A stretch of 64,000 bases of DNA from a virus, in IMG/VR virus record IMGVR_UViG_3300005435_000020, positions 1 to 64,000 of that record. One strand, given 5' to 3'. The position numbers were made by a program, and so were the translations under genes. The notes below the pieces were generated by a model. That model made no database searches, was not told the DNA's origin, and was given only the letters and a program-made list of their open reading frames with translations. This document shows positions 54,131 to 63,999 of this stretch, in pieces (position 1 is the first letter of the stretch; every line of letters starts with the position of its first letter).

Positions 54131-54985
54131 TTATGATGGGGTTGTTGTGGTAGTTGTCGTCGTGGTTGTTGTTGCTGGAGATGGTAAGGTGTGAGCACCT
54201 TCCTCACTACTTCTATCAATGACGGAGGAGATGTCCTGCACAAGCCTGACTAACTGCTGCCTATTGAATGGCACAGGGAACAGGAAAACCTTTTCCGGTA
54301 GCTCCTTGTCCAGGGACAGATAGCTCCTCGATGACGGGTCACCAAACTCTAATGCGAGTATGAATGCGATTTTGTTGTATCCTGGCATCCTCCTGACGGT
54401 GTTCACGAATTCGTAGCTGTCGGATTTGAAGGACAGGACATCCACGATGATCACACCCAGCGTGGAGGAAGTCATCGTGGAGATGAGGTTCAGTGCATCG
54501 TTGCGACTCTTTGCGACGACGACGGAGAAGCCGTGGTTGATGAGGAGTTCCTGCGTAGCCTCCCGTATCCTCCCTTCGTTGCCGACGACAAGCACCGTGA
54601 TGCTTGAGGGGAGGCTCAAATCGCCTTCGTTGCCGATGAGGAAACCAAACGACTTGGCGGAATTCTTGACGGTGAGGATGAACCTCTCCTGCCTGTCCAG
54701 AGACGTTTGCATGTCCCTGATACGCTGGTCTTGCGTGTAGGCAGCGGCTTTCATGGCTGTCATCTGGCCATCCATCTGGTCAAGCTTCGTCTTCTGCGTG
54801 GCGGCGTCTTCCCTGAGTGTCTTCATGTCGTTGGTCAAGGAGTCGTTGAGGGTCTTCATCTGGCCTATGATCTCGGATTTGATGTCCCGGTGGTTGCGTC
54901 GCAGCAGCACATAGGAAGTCACCATGGCCCCGAAGCCGCCGAGGGCAGAGCCTATCTGGACTAAGGGGATGTCAGTGATGAGCAT
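54131..54985 (-). CDS. TM + coiled coil + atypical receiver-domain protein
   Basis: N-terminal TM, heptads, then VLVVGNE...L...GFSV..A...DAL...IIVDV receiver-like fold; poly-Thr tail. Confidence 0.7.
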   Translation of the reverse strand: MLITDIPLVQIGSALGGFGAMVTSYVLLRRNHRDIKSEIIGQMKTLNDSLTNDMKTLREDAATQKTKLDQMDGQMTAMKAAAYTQDQRIRDMQTSLDRQERFILTVKNSAKSFGFLIGNEGDLSLPSSITVLVVGNEGRIREATQELLINHGFSVVVAKSRNDALNLISTMTSSTLGVIIVDVLSFKSDSYEFVNTVRRMPGYNKIAFILALEFGDPSSRSYLSLDKELPEKVFLFPVPFNRQQLVRLVQDISSVIDRSSEEGAHTLPSPATTTTTTTTTTTPS

Positions 54986-54989
54986 TGCG

Positions 54990-56129
54990 TTACTTCAGGT
55001 AGAGTTCCACGGCACCAGCATACCACTGATCACCACGGTTATAACATTCAATAATACGATTAGTGAGCCTGACGCGATACCGTATCTCGCCATTCACAAC
55101 CTCCTGGTACTCCCCGGTGAGGCAGGGTCCGGGGTTCTCCATATCCGCCGTGGGGTCGCCAGCGGCAACCAGCGCCAAGTACTTCTCGCGGAGGGGCTTC
55201 AGGCCATACTTATACAGTGCCGAATCAGCACTGGGAGGGTATCCATACATTCCATAGTAGGCAATAATAGAATCGGTAGACTGTGGCTGCGTGGGCACTG
55301 GGGTATCTCCTACTGTGACGTAATCGGCTATTGTGTCCAACACAGGATCAGTTAGCCGGAAGCTGTTCCAGTCTGTGTCGTTGCCGACTTGGTAGATGGT
55401 GGCACCTAGCTCCATAGCATCCGTCAGCATCGCGTCACCCAAGGCGATGAGTTGCGACGCATATACTTCGTCGGGGATGCCGTGAGCCCTATAGCCGTTA
55501 GTGTTTGTGTAGGAGGTGTCCCCTTGACTATTGGGGATCACGCCGAAGTCGATGCCAGCCTCCGAGTAGATGCGTGGCTTTGTGCCATAGCGTGGGTCAA
55601 GCTGGACATACTTGCGTGGCCTGAGTGCAAGCCAGTCAGACGACGTGAGGACACCGGGGGCACCGTAGGCGTGGTAGCTCCACGCATCTGCCTGCAAGAC
55701 GCAGGGTGCCAGGATATCCAACACACGTCGTATGTCGTCGTCGCTGCCAGCGGGGGTGCCGACAGCCAGGGATAAATCGGAGACCTTAAGGCCAGCGCCT
55801 TGGAGGCGCTTCGTCACTTCGAGGTTGAATTTATTGTAGAAGACGGGATCACCGAGGGCTTCATTGTAAAGCTCCCAGTAGTCCACGATGCCTTTGACGG
55901 TTTGGCTCTCCGTCAGGATGGCCTGCGCCATCTCCTCTTCGTTGCCGTCTTGATTGATCATCCTTCGGCAGACGATGATGGCCTGCGGGTTGTCCTTACG
56001 TATCTCCACCAGCGATTCTTCGTCGCTATTGAGGAATTTCAGGATGCCCCAGGAGCCGTTGCCTTTGTTGATGGCGTTTCTGGCGAGTGGCGAATAGTTA
56101 TTGGCGTGTAGGCCAAGCTTCTTCTTCAA
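54990..56129 (-). CDS. Glycoside hydrolase-like TIM barrel (possible endolysin)
   Basis: LGLH, WELYNE, SYHAYG, SEAGID clan-A-like pattern; follows tail genes. Confidence 0.6.
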   Translation of the reverse strand: MKKKLGLHANNYSPLARNAINKGNGSWGILKFLNSDEESLVEIRKDNPQAIIVCRRMINQDGNEEEMAQAILTESQTVKGIVDYWELYNEALGDPVFYNKFNLEVTKRLQGAGLKVSDLSLAVGTPAGSDDDIRRVLDILAPCVLQADAWSYHAYGAPGVLTSSDWLALRPRKYVQLDPRYGTKPRIYSEAGIDFGVIPNSQGDTSYTNTNGYRAHGIPDEVYASQLIALGDAMLTDAMELGATIYQVGNDTDWNSFRLTDPVLDTIADYVTVGDTPVPTQPQSTDSIIAYYGMYGYPPSADSALYKYGLKPLREKYLALVAAGDPTADMENPGPCLTGEYQEVVNGEIRYRVRLTNRIIECYNRGDQWYAGAVELYLK

Positions 56130-56164
56130 TGGTACCTCCGTTCCATTACAACGAAACGGGGGGT

Positions 56165-56575
56165 TTACGGGAGGTAATAAGGGATTCTTACCATCACACC
56201 ATCCACCTTGGCCCAGGCATAACCTTTCGGTGTGGCGGGTAGAGCCGTGGCACCTCCAGCCGTCGCGGAGGTGGACGTCTTCAGGCCCGTGAATTGCAAC
56301 ACGCCGTTGTCGAAGAAGAGTATGCTCTTCTTATCGACGGAAGAGAGCCTCAATGCTTCGGCGGCTGCCCTATTCGATGTCGAGATGGCGAGGGCATACT
56401 GTGTGTGGTCATCCTCTTTGATGCCATCCAGCCTGGAGTGCAAGGCGATGATGCCATAGAACCTCTCCAAGTCGTCCACCCTATCCGTCAAGTCCCGTAT
56501 TTTCAAGACGGGGTTGTAGGGGACCTTCACATCAGCCAAGAGGTCTGGTCTGAACCTATCCGGCGGTGCCGCCAC
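56165..56575 (-). CDS. Small tail-associated protein
   Basis: ATALPATPKGY.....DG...RIPYY motif; synteny. Confidence 0.6.
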   Translation of the reverse strand: MAAPPDRFRPDLLADVKVPYNPVLKIRDLTDRVDDLERFYGIIALHSRLDGIKEDDHTQYALAISTSNRAAAEALRLSSVDKKSILFFDNGVLQFTGLKTSTSATAGGATALPATPKGYAWAKVDGVMVRIPYYLP

Positions 56576-57597
56576 TAGAGTACCTCCACGAGGTATCTGA
56601 CGGGTTTCGCCGCGTATTCATCGACTTCCCTGCCCACAATCCTCGCGGGGAGGCTCAAGCCGTTGGGTCCAAACGACGCAAGCTGCACCGTGATGGTGTC
56701 GCCTTCGGAGGCTTGCCCCCATTCGCCATTGTTATTCGAGGCATAGAAGTCGAGAAGCTCCCTGGGCCTGTATTTCCTCTCAAGGTTTCGCCTTGCGATG
56801 TCACTCAATGCCGAAGCGTGAACAATGTCGTATCTCACGTTGGTGGCCTGGTAGAGGCCATACTGCGTGATGCTTGCGTGGTCACTGTGTTGGGCATGCG
56901 GCGCTGCCTCCCATGCTCCGTCTCCCCTGCCGATGAATACAGTGTCATTGATAAGCTCCTCACCATCTCGTGTGTAGGTAACTTCGTCGTCTATGTTCTG
57001 GCCTTCACTGAAGAGCACCGAGTCTGTCTTGTCCACACCTCTATTACCCGTGTGCAGGACACCCTGCCCATTCGGCAGCATCTCCACCCACCAGTCCACA
57101 CCCGTGTCGTAGGGGAGACGCCTCAAGGCAGCGAGGCCACCCGTGAAGTGGAATTCCTTGGAGAGTGGCGCTGACGTGTCGGCATTGTCTGGCGACGCGA
57201 TGACGAAAGGCGAAGTGAGGGCAGTAAGCTGCTTATTCAATTCCGACGCCGACTTGTAGGGGAAAAACTCGGATTTGCCGAGACGTCGCCTCGCAAATAT
57301 GTAGGCCATCTCCTTACACGTCACCGTCAAGGTCAGTCGTGTCTCGTCAATGCGTGTGATCCAGCCTCCCCACGGCGTGATACCTGCCGTCGAGTTGATC
57401 ATCACTATCCTGCCGATGTCCAACACAGGATTGTTGCTATTGAGTTTGTAGAAAGGATTGGTCTTGTCGAGGACTAGCCTGGCCTGTCCTATCCCGTTGA
57501 GAACATAGCTTCGCTGTACCGAATACAGCTTGTTTAGCTCTCCTATCTTTCTGTGGGAAAGGTCAAAGATTCCTACCTCCGCGTAAAAGATAGCAAT
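56575..57597 (-). CDS. Minor tail protein (Tal/Gp37-like) with non-canonical start
   Basis: Position after Dit; frame open 57 codons upstream of track start; WGGWI, RG.D...V.F..G.NI, GD.ITV motifs. Confidence 0.7.
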   Translation of the reverse strand: MAIFYAEVGIFDLSHRKIGELNKLYSVQRSYVLNGIGQARLVLDKTNPFYKLNSNNPVLDIGRIVMINSTAGITPWGGWITRIDETRLTLTVTCKEMAYIFARRRLGKSEFFPYKSASELNKQLTALTSPFVIASPDNADTSAPLSKEFHFTGGLAALRRLPYDTGVDWWVEMLPNGQGVLHTGNRGVDKTDSVLFSEGQNIDDEVTYTRDGEELINDTVFIGRGDGAWEAAPHAQHSDHASITQYGLYQATNVRYDIVHASALSDIARRNLERKYRPRELLDFYASNNNGEWGQASEGDTITVQLASFGPNGLSLPARIVGREVDEYAAKPVRYLVEVL

Positions 57598-57627
57598 ACT
57601 CCTATATTATAATATCAATGACAGACA

Positions 57628-60219
57628 TTACAGCCACGAATCATTCCAATCGACTTCGAGATTGACGCCTCCCACGGTGTCTTCTTTGTATTGGAGGAAG
57701 TTGTCTCCGGGGTGTAGCTGTAGCCAGAATGGGCGAATAATGCCTACGGTGGAGAGTGCCGAAGTCCTCAGCGTCTGAGTACCGTCAGGCGCTTGGTACC
57801 AGACTTGTTTGTTTCGGGTGTCAATCATAAGGCTTGCTTTCGGCTCAAGTGGTGTGGAGATGACGATGGCATCCCCGTCTCCCGCCGTCGCCTGCGTGAT
57901 GGTGGCATTCAAGTCGTAAAACGTCTGCACAGGCTGGGGCACAACCGACACCACATACTGGGGATTGAAGGCGATGGTGACACCCTCAATAGAGGCGAAG
58001 GTGCCATCCTGATTATTCGGGATCAAAACAGACGTATTGACCTCAAACCTGACACGTTGCCTGGGAGGTACGATGGTATCGACGCGAGGGCTGCCGGAGG
58101 TTGAGTAGGCGACGGGGCCACCCGTCGTCAGGGAAGGCTGCCCCCACACGACAATGGGAGGGTATTGTGCATCTTCCGCCATGAGCCTCAAGACGTTATT
58201 ATTCAGGTAGTCACTGCCGACGAAGCTTGTCAAGCCATAGTGGGTGACTTGTGTGATCCCTGCGGGATGGGATATTTCCCAACCATTCAGGGGCACCTCG
58301 CGGTTATTCACGCCGACGCTGGAATGGAGCATCCCCATGACCTGAGCAATATTGGTGGTGGGGTCCTTGAGTGGAGTGTGGGTTGAGACGTCCACCGTGG
58401 GATAGATGAAAGCATCGTCAAGCCTGCCGAGGCCCACACCCAGCAGCGACAATATCTGCACCGACACGCCGGTAGTCGTCGCAGTGAAGGGGAGTTGGAT
58501 GTGTTGGTAGGCTTTGCTCCCAGCCGCATAATAAAAGGCAAGGATATTCGTAGTCGTGGAGTCCAATACCTGCACCACAAACGCATTGTCGGTGTCGGCC
58601 CAGACCCAGGCATCTATTGTGTAGCTCAGTCCCGAGATGAGACCCGCAGGGTTTGTGTTCCTGACGTATTCATTTGCCGCAAGGGGGGCAAAAGAGAGGG
58701 AGTAGGTATCGAGTGAGCCTGGCGAGGGATTGGTGTTATCGACGCCTACGGTGCCTGTAGATGATACCGTCCACCCCGTGAGGCTCCCCGACGAGAAGGT
58801 CTGGTTGGTGAAGGTAATCGCAGGTGACGTCGCATACGCCGTTTCCTGTCCCCTATGCACTATATTATTGTCTTGCTTCCAGCCGTAGCCGACACCTTGG
58901 GACTGCACAGGTGACCATGAGCCTGGTCTCGTGTTGTAGATGTAGTCGAAGAATTGTGTCCACGTCCAGCTATAGTTGTTGGAATGTGCCGTGTCGAGTA
59001 TCAAGGGATCACCCAACGCGAAGTCAGGCTGCGGATCAGGAAGCGTGTTCCCATACTGGATGTAGACGGTTTGCGACGCCTGTGCACCGAGATTCAGGAG
59101 AGCCCATACCTTCGTCTGCTGTGTGTTCAGGTTCTCCACCACTCGCGGCGCTGGGATGTTCCCCACCAGCACACGGATGTCGCTGCCGTCAGCCTTCATC
59201 TTCCCTGCGCTGATCAGCGCCGCCGTGTTCCACCCCGTGGTATTCGACGTCGGCAGGGCAGCGCCAGTCGTCGTCAATGCGGCGAGGGTCACCGTCAGCG
59301 TCGTCGCGTAGGGGTTTGGCTGCGATGTCGTGGATTGGAGTGTGAGGCTGCCGGGGGCACCAGCGTAGACGTTATAGGCGAAGGCATCCGTGGTGGTTGG
59401 GATGGTGAAAGTGACCTTGCCGCTGGCCCCCACCACCACCGACACCGGAGTAGCATCGCTTTCTCCGAGGGTGCCATCTAGCCTCGTCTTCTGGATGGTG
59501 ACGGCAACGGAGAGGGTCTGCGCCGGGATGGAGCCGCCACTCCCCGCCGTCGCGGTGAAGAGGGGAGGTGGCGTGTATCCTGTCAATTCGATGGGGATGC
59601 GTGTCGTCGCAGACAAAGCATTATTCGTGATGGTCACCGGCACCTGATAGGTGTAGAAGTTGCCGGTGTTGCCTGCGGCACCCTTGGGTGTGTTCCAGGT
59701 AATGATGAGTGTCGGAAAGGTATCCGTGGTGCCAGCCGACGTGATCTTGACTTGCTGACCCGACGTGGTGATGGGGACCATAACCTTGCTAGACGTCTCC
59801 GAGAGCCAGACGGCATCCGGCACCGCAAACTCAACCTGCACCCACCTTTCCGTCTTATTGATGGTGAAGGATTTTGCGGTACCAAGCACCGTCTTCGCAG
59901 TCTGGCTTGGCCTCTGGAGGCGAAGCGTCGAGAGCAACTGGCTGCGAGTGTCGAAGGCCCTCTTCAGGAGGTTGAGCTTCGACTCGAAGTCGAGATAGTT
60001 GGTGTCCCCCGCCACGTAGTGGATGTTGATGTGGAGGGTGATGGTCTTCTCTGCGGATATCTGCCCAGTGTAGACGGGAGGCCCAAACGCAACCTTCTGG
60101 ATGCGTAAATCGGCGGGTGCCTGGTCATCGAGATTCGTGTTTGGGACGGAAAAACTCACGCCGTCATTGAGTTCCAGGCCATTGATCTGGATAGACGAGA
60201 GGGAAGATAGTGCCGCCAT
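57628..60219 (-). CDS. Distal tail (Dit-like) protein with inserted beta-sandwich/CBM-like modules
   Basis: Follows TMP; Dit-like N- and C-termini (FWLQLHPGDN.L...W..SWL); KADGSDIRV...YIQYGN and FSSGSLTGW inserts. Confidence 0.75.
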   Translation of the reverse strand: MAALSSLSSIQINGLELNDGVSFSVPNTNLDDQAPADLRIQKVAFGPPVYTGQISAEKTITLHINIHYVAGDTNYLDFESKLNLLKRAFDTRSQLLSTLRLQRPSQTAKTVLGTAKSFTINKTERWVQVEFAVPDAVWLSETSSKVMVPITTSGQQVKITSAGTTDTFPTLIITWNTPKGAAGNTGNFYTYQVPVTITNNALSATTRIPIELTGYTPPPLFTATAGSGGSIPAQTLSVAVTIQKTRLDGTLGESDATPVSVVVGASGKVTFTIPTTTDAFAYNVYAGAPGSLTLQSTTSQPNPYATTLTVTLAALTTTGAALPTSNTTGWNTAALISAGKMKADGSDIRVLVGNIPAPRVVENLNTQQTKVWALLNLGAQASQTVYIQYGNTLPDPQPDFALGDPLILDTAHSNNYSWTWTQFFDYIYNTRPGSWSPVQSQGVGYGWKQDNNIVHRGQETAYATSPAITFTNQTFSSGSLTGWTVSSTGTVGVDNTNPSPGSLDTYSLSFAPLAANEYVRNTNPAGLISGLSYTIDAWVWADTDNAFVVQVLDSTTTNILAFYYAAGSKAYQHIQLPFTATTTGVSVQILSLLGVGLGRLDDAFIYPTVDVSTHTPLKDPTTNIAQVMGMLHSSVGVNNREVPLNGWEISHPAGITQVTHYGLTSFVGSDYLNNNVLRLMAEDAQYPPIVVWGQPSLTTGGPVAYSTSGSPRVDTIVPPRQRVRFEVNTSVLIPNNQDGTFASIEGVTIAFNPQYVVSVVPQPVQTFYDLNATITQATAGDGDAIVISTPLEPKASLMIDTRNKQVWYQAPDGTQTLRTSALSTVGIIRPFWLQLHPGDNFLQYKEDTVGGVNLEVDWNDSWL

Positions 60220-63200
60220 TTATTGTCCCATGTGCTGTGTTTGCTGCACCCAGTAATCGACGTTTTGCGGGCTGCTCATGTCCATCTTGTCCACGTTGAT
60301 GTTGGTGGTTTTGTTGACGGTATGCTGCTGGTTCTCGGAGGCTGACGCGAGGCTCCTGATGGCATCGGCAACGTTGTTCAGACTGTTGGCGATGTCGCTG
60401 GTCATGCCCTGCGAGTTGTCCCCCACTGAGTACAACATATCCTTCACGCCACTTGCCACCTGCTGGATGACGTCTTGGAATGGCGTGATCTGGCTGCCGC
60501 GAGGGAGGTTCAGAAGTTCTTGCCCCTTCTCACCGACCCACGTCAAGCCGCCCATCCAGTTGCTGGTACCCGCGGCATTGTGGCCAGGAGGGGGTGTTGT
60601 CGCTGCCACGGCGGCGGCGTGGGCAGCCTCCCATTGTGATTTGGGAAGAGCAGTCCTGCCAGCAGCCACTTCGCCTTCGTAGGTCACACCATCACCCGCC
60701 ACCCCGCCACCGGAAGGGGCACTCCCGCCACCACCAAGACCCATTAGCTCTTGTATTTTTGCTTTCACCGCATTGATCTTATCGCTTATGTTTTGGATAA
60801 GACCATTGAAAGGACCAGTCAATGCAGTTTCTGCGGCGGTAATGGCGCTGGTAAACGCGGCAACTATGGCGTCTTTGAAGGTAGGCCACCACCCTGCCAA
60901 GAAGGTTCCTACAAGTTTCAATAAGGCCCCGAAGACATCGCTGATGAATTTCGAGAGACCCGCCGCGAAATCAGAAATACTGTTCCTATTCAGGAAGTCA
61001 AGCAGGGCAGTCCATATGGCCTTTACCTTGTCCCACAAGGCACCGGCCCATGTCGAGGTTTGGGATACCCAATACTTGAACCACTGGGTCATCAGGCCAT
61101 CTATCCACGTCTGGAATTGATTGAGTGGATTGGAGTCTGCCGTGATGTCATCCATGGCACCCTTCCACATCTCGGCAATCTTAGCCTCAAGGTCTGTGGC
61201 CCATTTCCCCAGCATGCTGCCAACGTGGTCTTGTATCCATTTCGACACGAGGTTGTCAATCCAGCCCTCGAAGCGTGTCTTGGGATTGTCGTCTCCTATC
61301 AGGAGGTCAAGTGCCTTGAGGAACAGGGTCAGGAGTTTATCTTTGAGGCTCTGTGACCTATTCGGCTGCTCCGAGTCCTGGTGCTTCCAGAAGGCTGGGA
61401 AAAGTGTCGTGTCAAGCCAGGCTTGTAGCTGGGCAAGTGGCCCACCGTCTGCCACGAGGCTTGCCACAGCCTGCGTGAACATCGTGAGGAAGAAGGTGAA
61501 AAGCTGATTGGCCCAAGTCCCTAGCTGGCTCATGGCGTAGCCGATGAGCTTGACGATGAGGCCACCGAACCACACCGTGAGGTCAAGGAGCAGTTTCCCC
61601 GCAGCGTAGAGTAACTCGAAGGCTGCTTCCATCACCAAGATGAGGACAGGCCCCAACGCTGCACCCCACGCGGGAGCATTGGCCTTCACCCAGTTGACGA
61701 GGTTGGTGATCAGCTTCTCGAAACTCTTGCCCATGGAAGAGCCTCCACTCCCTTGCACCCCTCCGTCTGAGGTGATGGCCTTGTCGATGTTATTGAGAAA
61801 CTCGGCCATGATGTGGTACCAACCGGCGAGGAGTTTCAAGGCGAAGGGAACCGCTTGGGTGACGATGAAGTTGACGGCAGCGCCGATGAGGTCACCCAGC
61901 TTTGCGCCGACGATGGGTCCATATGTCTTGAGGGTGTCTCCCACCGCGTCAGTAAAACTCTTCCAGATGACGGAGAAGTTGTCGCTTATCGTCTTGCCCC
62001 ACTTCGGAGCATTTGCCCTGATGGTTGCGACGATGTTCCCGATGATGGTGCCCAGCGCAGTGCCAAGGTCACCGCCTATCTTCCCGATGTCCCCGAAGAT
62101 GGCCCCGAGTTTGTCTCCGAAGCTCAGGTTCTTATTGTTGAGGATGCCCATGATGTCTTGGAAGATGGGCTGCGCCGCAGACCAAAATCCTTTCAAGGCG
62201 GTGGTCATCCCCATCCAGTTGGTCTCCCAACCGGCTTTCAACATCTGGATGATCTGGATGATGTTGAGTGCCCAGCCCACGATGGGGACAGCCCTCAAGA
62301 TGCCGCCGATGATGGGAAACCTCAGGAACACACCGAGAAAATCACCGAGAAGCCCTATCAGTGGTGTGATGGCTGCTTTCGCCCCGCCTAATATGGTCCC
62401 AAAAACACCGAAAGCACCGCCAGCCTCCGTGATAAGCCTCGCAAACATCGGGAGTGGCACCAACATGTCCTTGATGACGCCACTAAACTCTTTGATAGCA
62501 GCGATGGGGAGCCTGTCGAGACCAGTGACCTTACCGATGCCCCCGAGAATGTCTGAGCCGACACCTCCCACAGCACCGGCTGCGCTGCCAACCGCGTCGG
62601 CAGCCCTTGATCCATAGGCCAGGGGCCTTGCCAATCCCGCAAGCCTTCCCGGTGCCCCCACAATCCCGCCGCCGCTTACCGATGCCCTGATGGCGAGGTC
62701 TTTGAGGATGTCTCCCAGCCCTTGCGTTGCGCCTGTTCCGAGGAGGTCAGCGGCACCTCCGGCAAGTCCACCTTCACCCAGGAGGGAACCAGGGAGGCGC
62801 AGACCCCTGACGAAGCCTGAGACCTGTGGGCCACCGAGAGCCCTGCCAGCGAAGAGGCCCAACACGTCGCTGAGCTTGCCACCAACGCTGCTGAGATTGG
62901 AAGCAGCGGAGGTGAGGGCTCCCAGTCCCGGTATGCCACCCGTCGCAGCCATCGCCGCCGTGATCAGCGGAAGGTTGTTGGCAACGCCGGAATCTTGCTG
63001 CTGACGGAAGCGAGACGCCGAAAGTCTGCCCTCTGTCCTGGCATTCATTCTCGTGTCGTAGAGGGCATAGTCGTGGTAGTACTGCTGCAAGGCGGCGTCT
63101 TGGTCCTCTGTGGAGCCTCCCATCCTACCGCGAAGTCTTGGCCTCGCTATGGCACCCTGGCTAGCATTGACACCAAAAGCGCCGAGGATGCCATCGGTGA

Positions 63201-63999
63201 AACTCGTGAGCTTGTCGCCAAGGACAGAGAGCTTGTCGGAAGCATCCTGTTTTGCGCCGCTGAAGCCAGCCGACACGGCATTGAAGGGATTGAGTTGCTT
63301 GATGATGTTGCCATTGGCGTCGAGGCCCATGGCCTGCATGATCTGCGCTTGGAGGGCTTCGGGGGAAAGGTCACCGGGAGACGCAGGCTTATTGATCCCC
63401 GCCAGCGCAGGCAGCCCCGTGGGGCCACCACCCCCAATGCCCATCATCTTGTCGAAAGAGGTGGGGCCTGGGCCTTTGGGGCCTTTCGCCGCTGCCGCAA
63501 GCCTCTGCTGCTGCGCCAGGGAAAGCTGATTGATCTCCTGCGCTATCTTGTCGGCTTCTTGATCAATGGCAAGCTTCGCCTTGGCAGCATCCAGTGCCTG
63601 CTGAGCCGCCTTGACTGCGGAGCCTGCGGTGCCACCAGACGTCAGGGCATCTTGCAGCGCCTTGATCTCCCTGGCGATGGGGTCCATGTCGTTGATCTTG
63701 ATGCCAGCATTTGCGTGGGTGAGGGCAGCAATCCTCTCGTCAAGTTTCTTGATGCTGTCATCGACGGTTTTGGCCTGCAAGTCGATGAGCTTCTCTTGCC
63801 TGTCGTCAGCCGTGATCTGCCTGTCGATGACTTGCATCTGCTTGTCGATGCCAGCCATCTTCTTGTCTTCTGCGGCAGTCTGGTCACGGATGGCTAGCTC
63901 TTGCGCCTTGTAGGCGTCTTGCTGGCCCTTGAGGACATTGACCTGATCATTGATGTTAAGTTGCTGGTTCTTGAGGTTGTCGATGGTCTGCTGGTTGTC
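60220..63999 (-). CDS. Tape measure protein (5' part outside window)
   Basis: >1250 codons open to window edge; coiled-coil, Gly/Ala-rich and Trp-periodic repeats; AAGT...VGEKGQELL.LPRGSQI motif. Confidence 0.88.
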   Translation of the reverse strand, partial: DNQQTIDNLKNQQLNINDQVNVLKGQQDAYKAQELAIRDQTAAEDKKMAGIDKQMQVIDRQITADDRQEKLIDLQAKTVDDSIKKLDERIAALTHANAGIKINDMDPIAREIKALQDALTSGGTAGSAVKAAQQALDAAKAKLAIDQEADKIAQEINQLSLAQQQRLAAAAKGPKGPGPTSFDKMMGIGGGGPTGLPALAGINKPASPGDLSPEALQAQIMQAMGLDANGNIIKQLNPFNAVSAGFSGAKQDASDKLSVLGDKLTSFTDGILGAFGVNASQGAIARPRLRGRMGGSTEDQDAALQQYYHDYALYDTRMNARTEGRLSASRFRQQQDSGVANNLPLITAAMAATGGIPGLGALTSAASNLSSVGGKLSDVLGLFAGRALGGPQVSGFVRGLRLPGSLLGEGGLAGGAADLLGTGATQGLGDILKDLAIRASVSGGGIVGAPGRLAGLARPLAYGSRAADAVGSAAGAVGGVGSDILGGIGKVTGLDRLPIAAIKEFSGVIKDMLVPLPMFARLITEAGGAFGVFGTILGGAKAAITPLIGLLGDFLGVFLRFPIIGGILRAVPIVGWALNIIQIIQMLKAGWETNWMGMTTALKGFWSAAQPIFQDIMGILNNKNLSFGDKLGAIFGDIGKIGGDLGTALGTIIGNIVATIRANAPKWGKTISDNFSVIWKSFTDAVGDTLKTYGPIVGAKLGDLIGAAVNFIVTQAVPFALKLLAGWYHIMAEFLNNIDKAITSDGGVQGSGGSSMGKSFEKLITNLVNWVKANAPAWGAALGPVLILVMEAAFELLYAAGKLLLDLTVWFGGLIVKLIGYAMSQLGTWANQLFTFFLTMFTQAVASLVADGGPLAQLQAWLDTTLFPAFWKHQDSEQPNRSQSLKDKLLTLFLKALDLLIGDDNPKTRFEGWIDNLVSKWIQDHVGSMLGKWATDLEAKIAEMWKGAMDDITADSNPLNQFQTWIDGLMTQWFKYWVSQTSTWAGALWDKVKAIWTALLDFLNRNSISDFAAGLSKFISDVFGALLKLVGTFLAGWWPTFKDAIVAAFTSAITAAETALTGPFNGLIQNISDKINAVKAKIQELMGLGGGGSAPSGGGVAGDGVTYEGEVAAGRTALPKSQWEAAHAAAVAATTPPPGHNAAGTSNWMGGLTWVGEKGQELLNLPRGSQITPFQDVIQQVASGVKDMLYSVGDNSQGMTSDIANSLNNVADAIRSLASASENQQHTVNKTTNINVDKMDMSSPQNVDYWVQQTQHMGQ

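Noticed and set aside
54140-54175. Trinucleotide-like tract encoding poly-Thr
   Set aside because: Mixed ACN codons in frame; a low-complexity tail rather than a slippage switch
61640-63897. Long plus-strand ORFs (325 aa, 300 aa)
   Set aside because: Antisense to the tape measure gene; a codon-bias artefact
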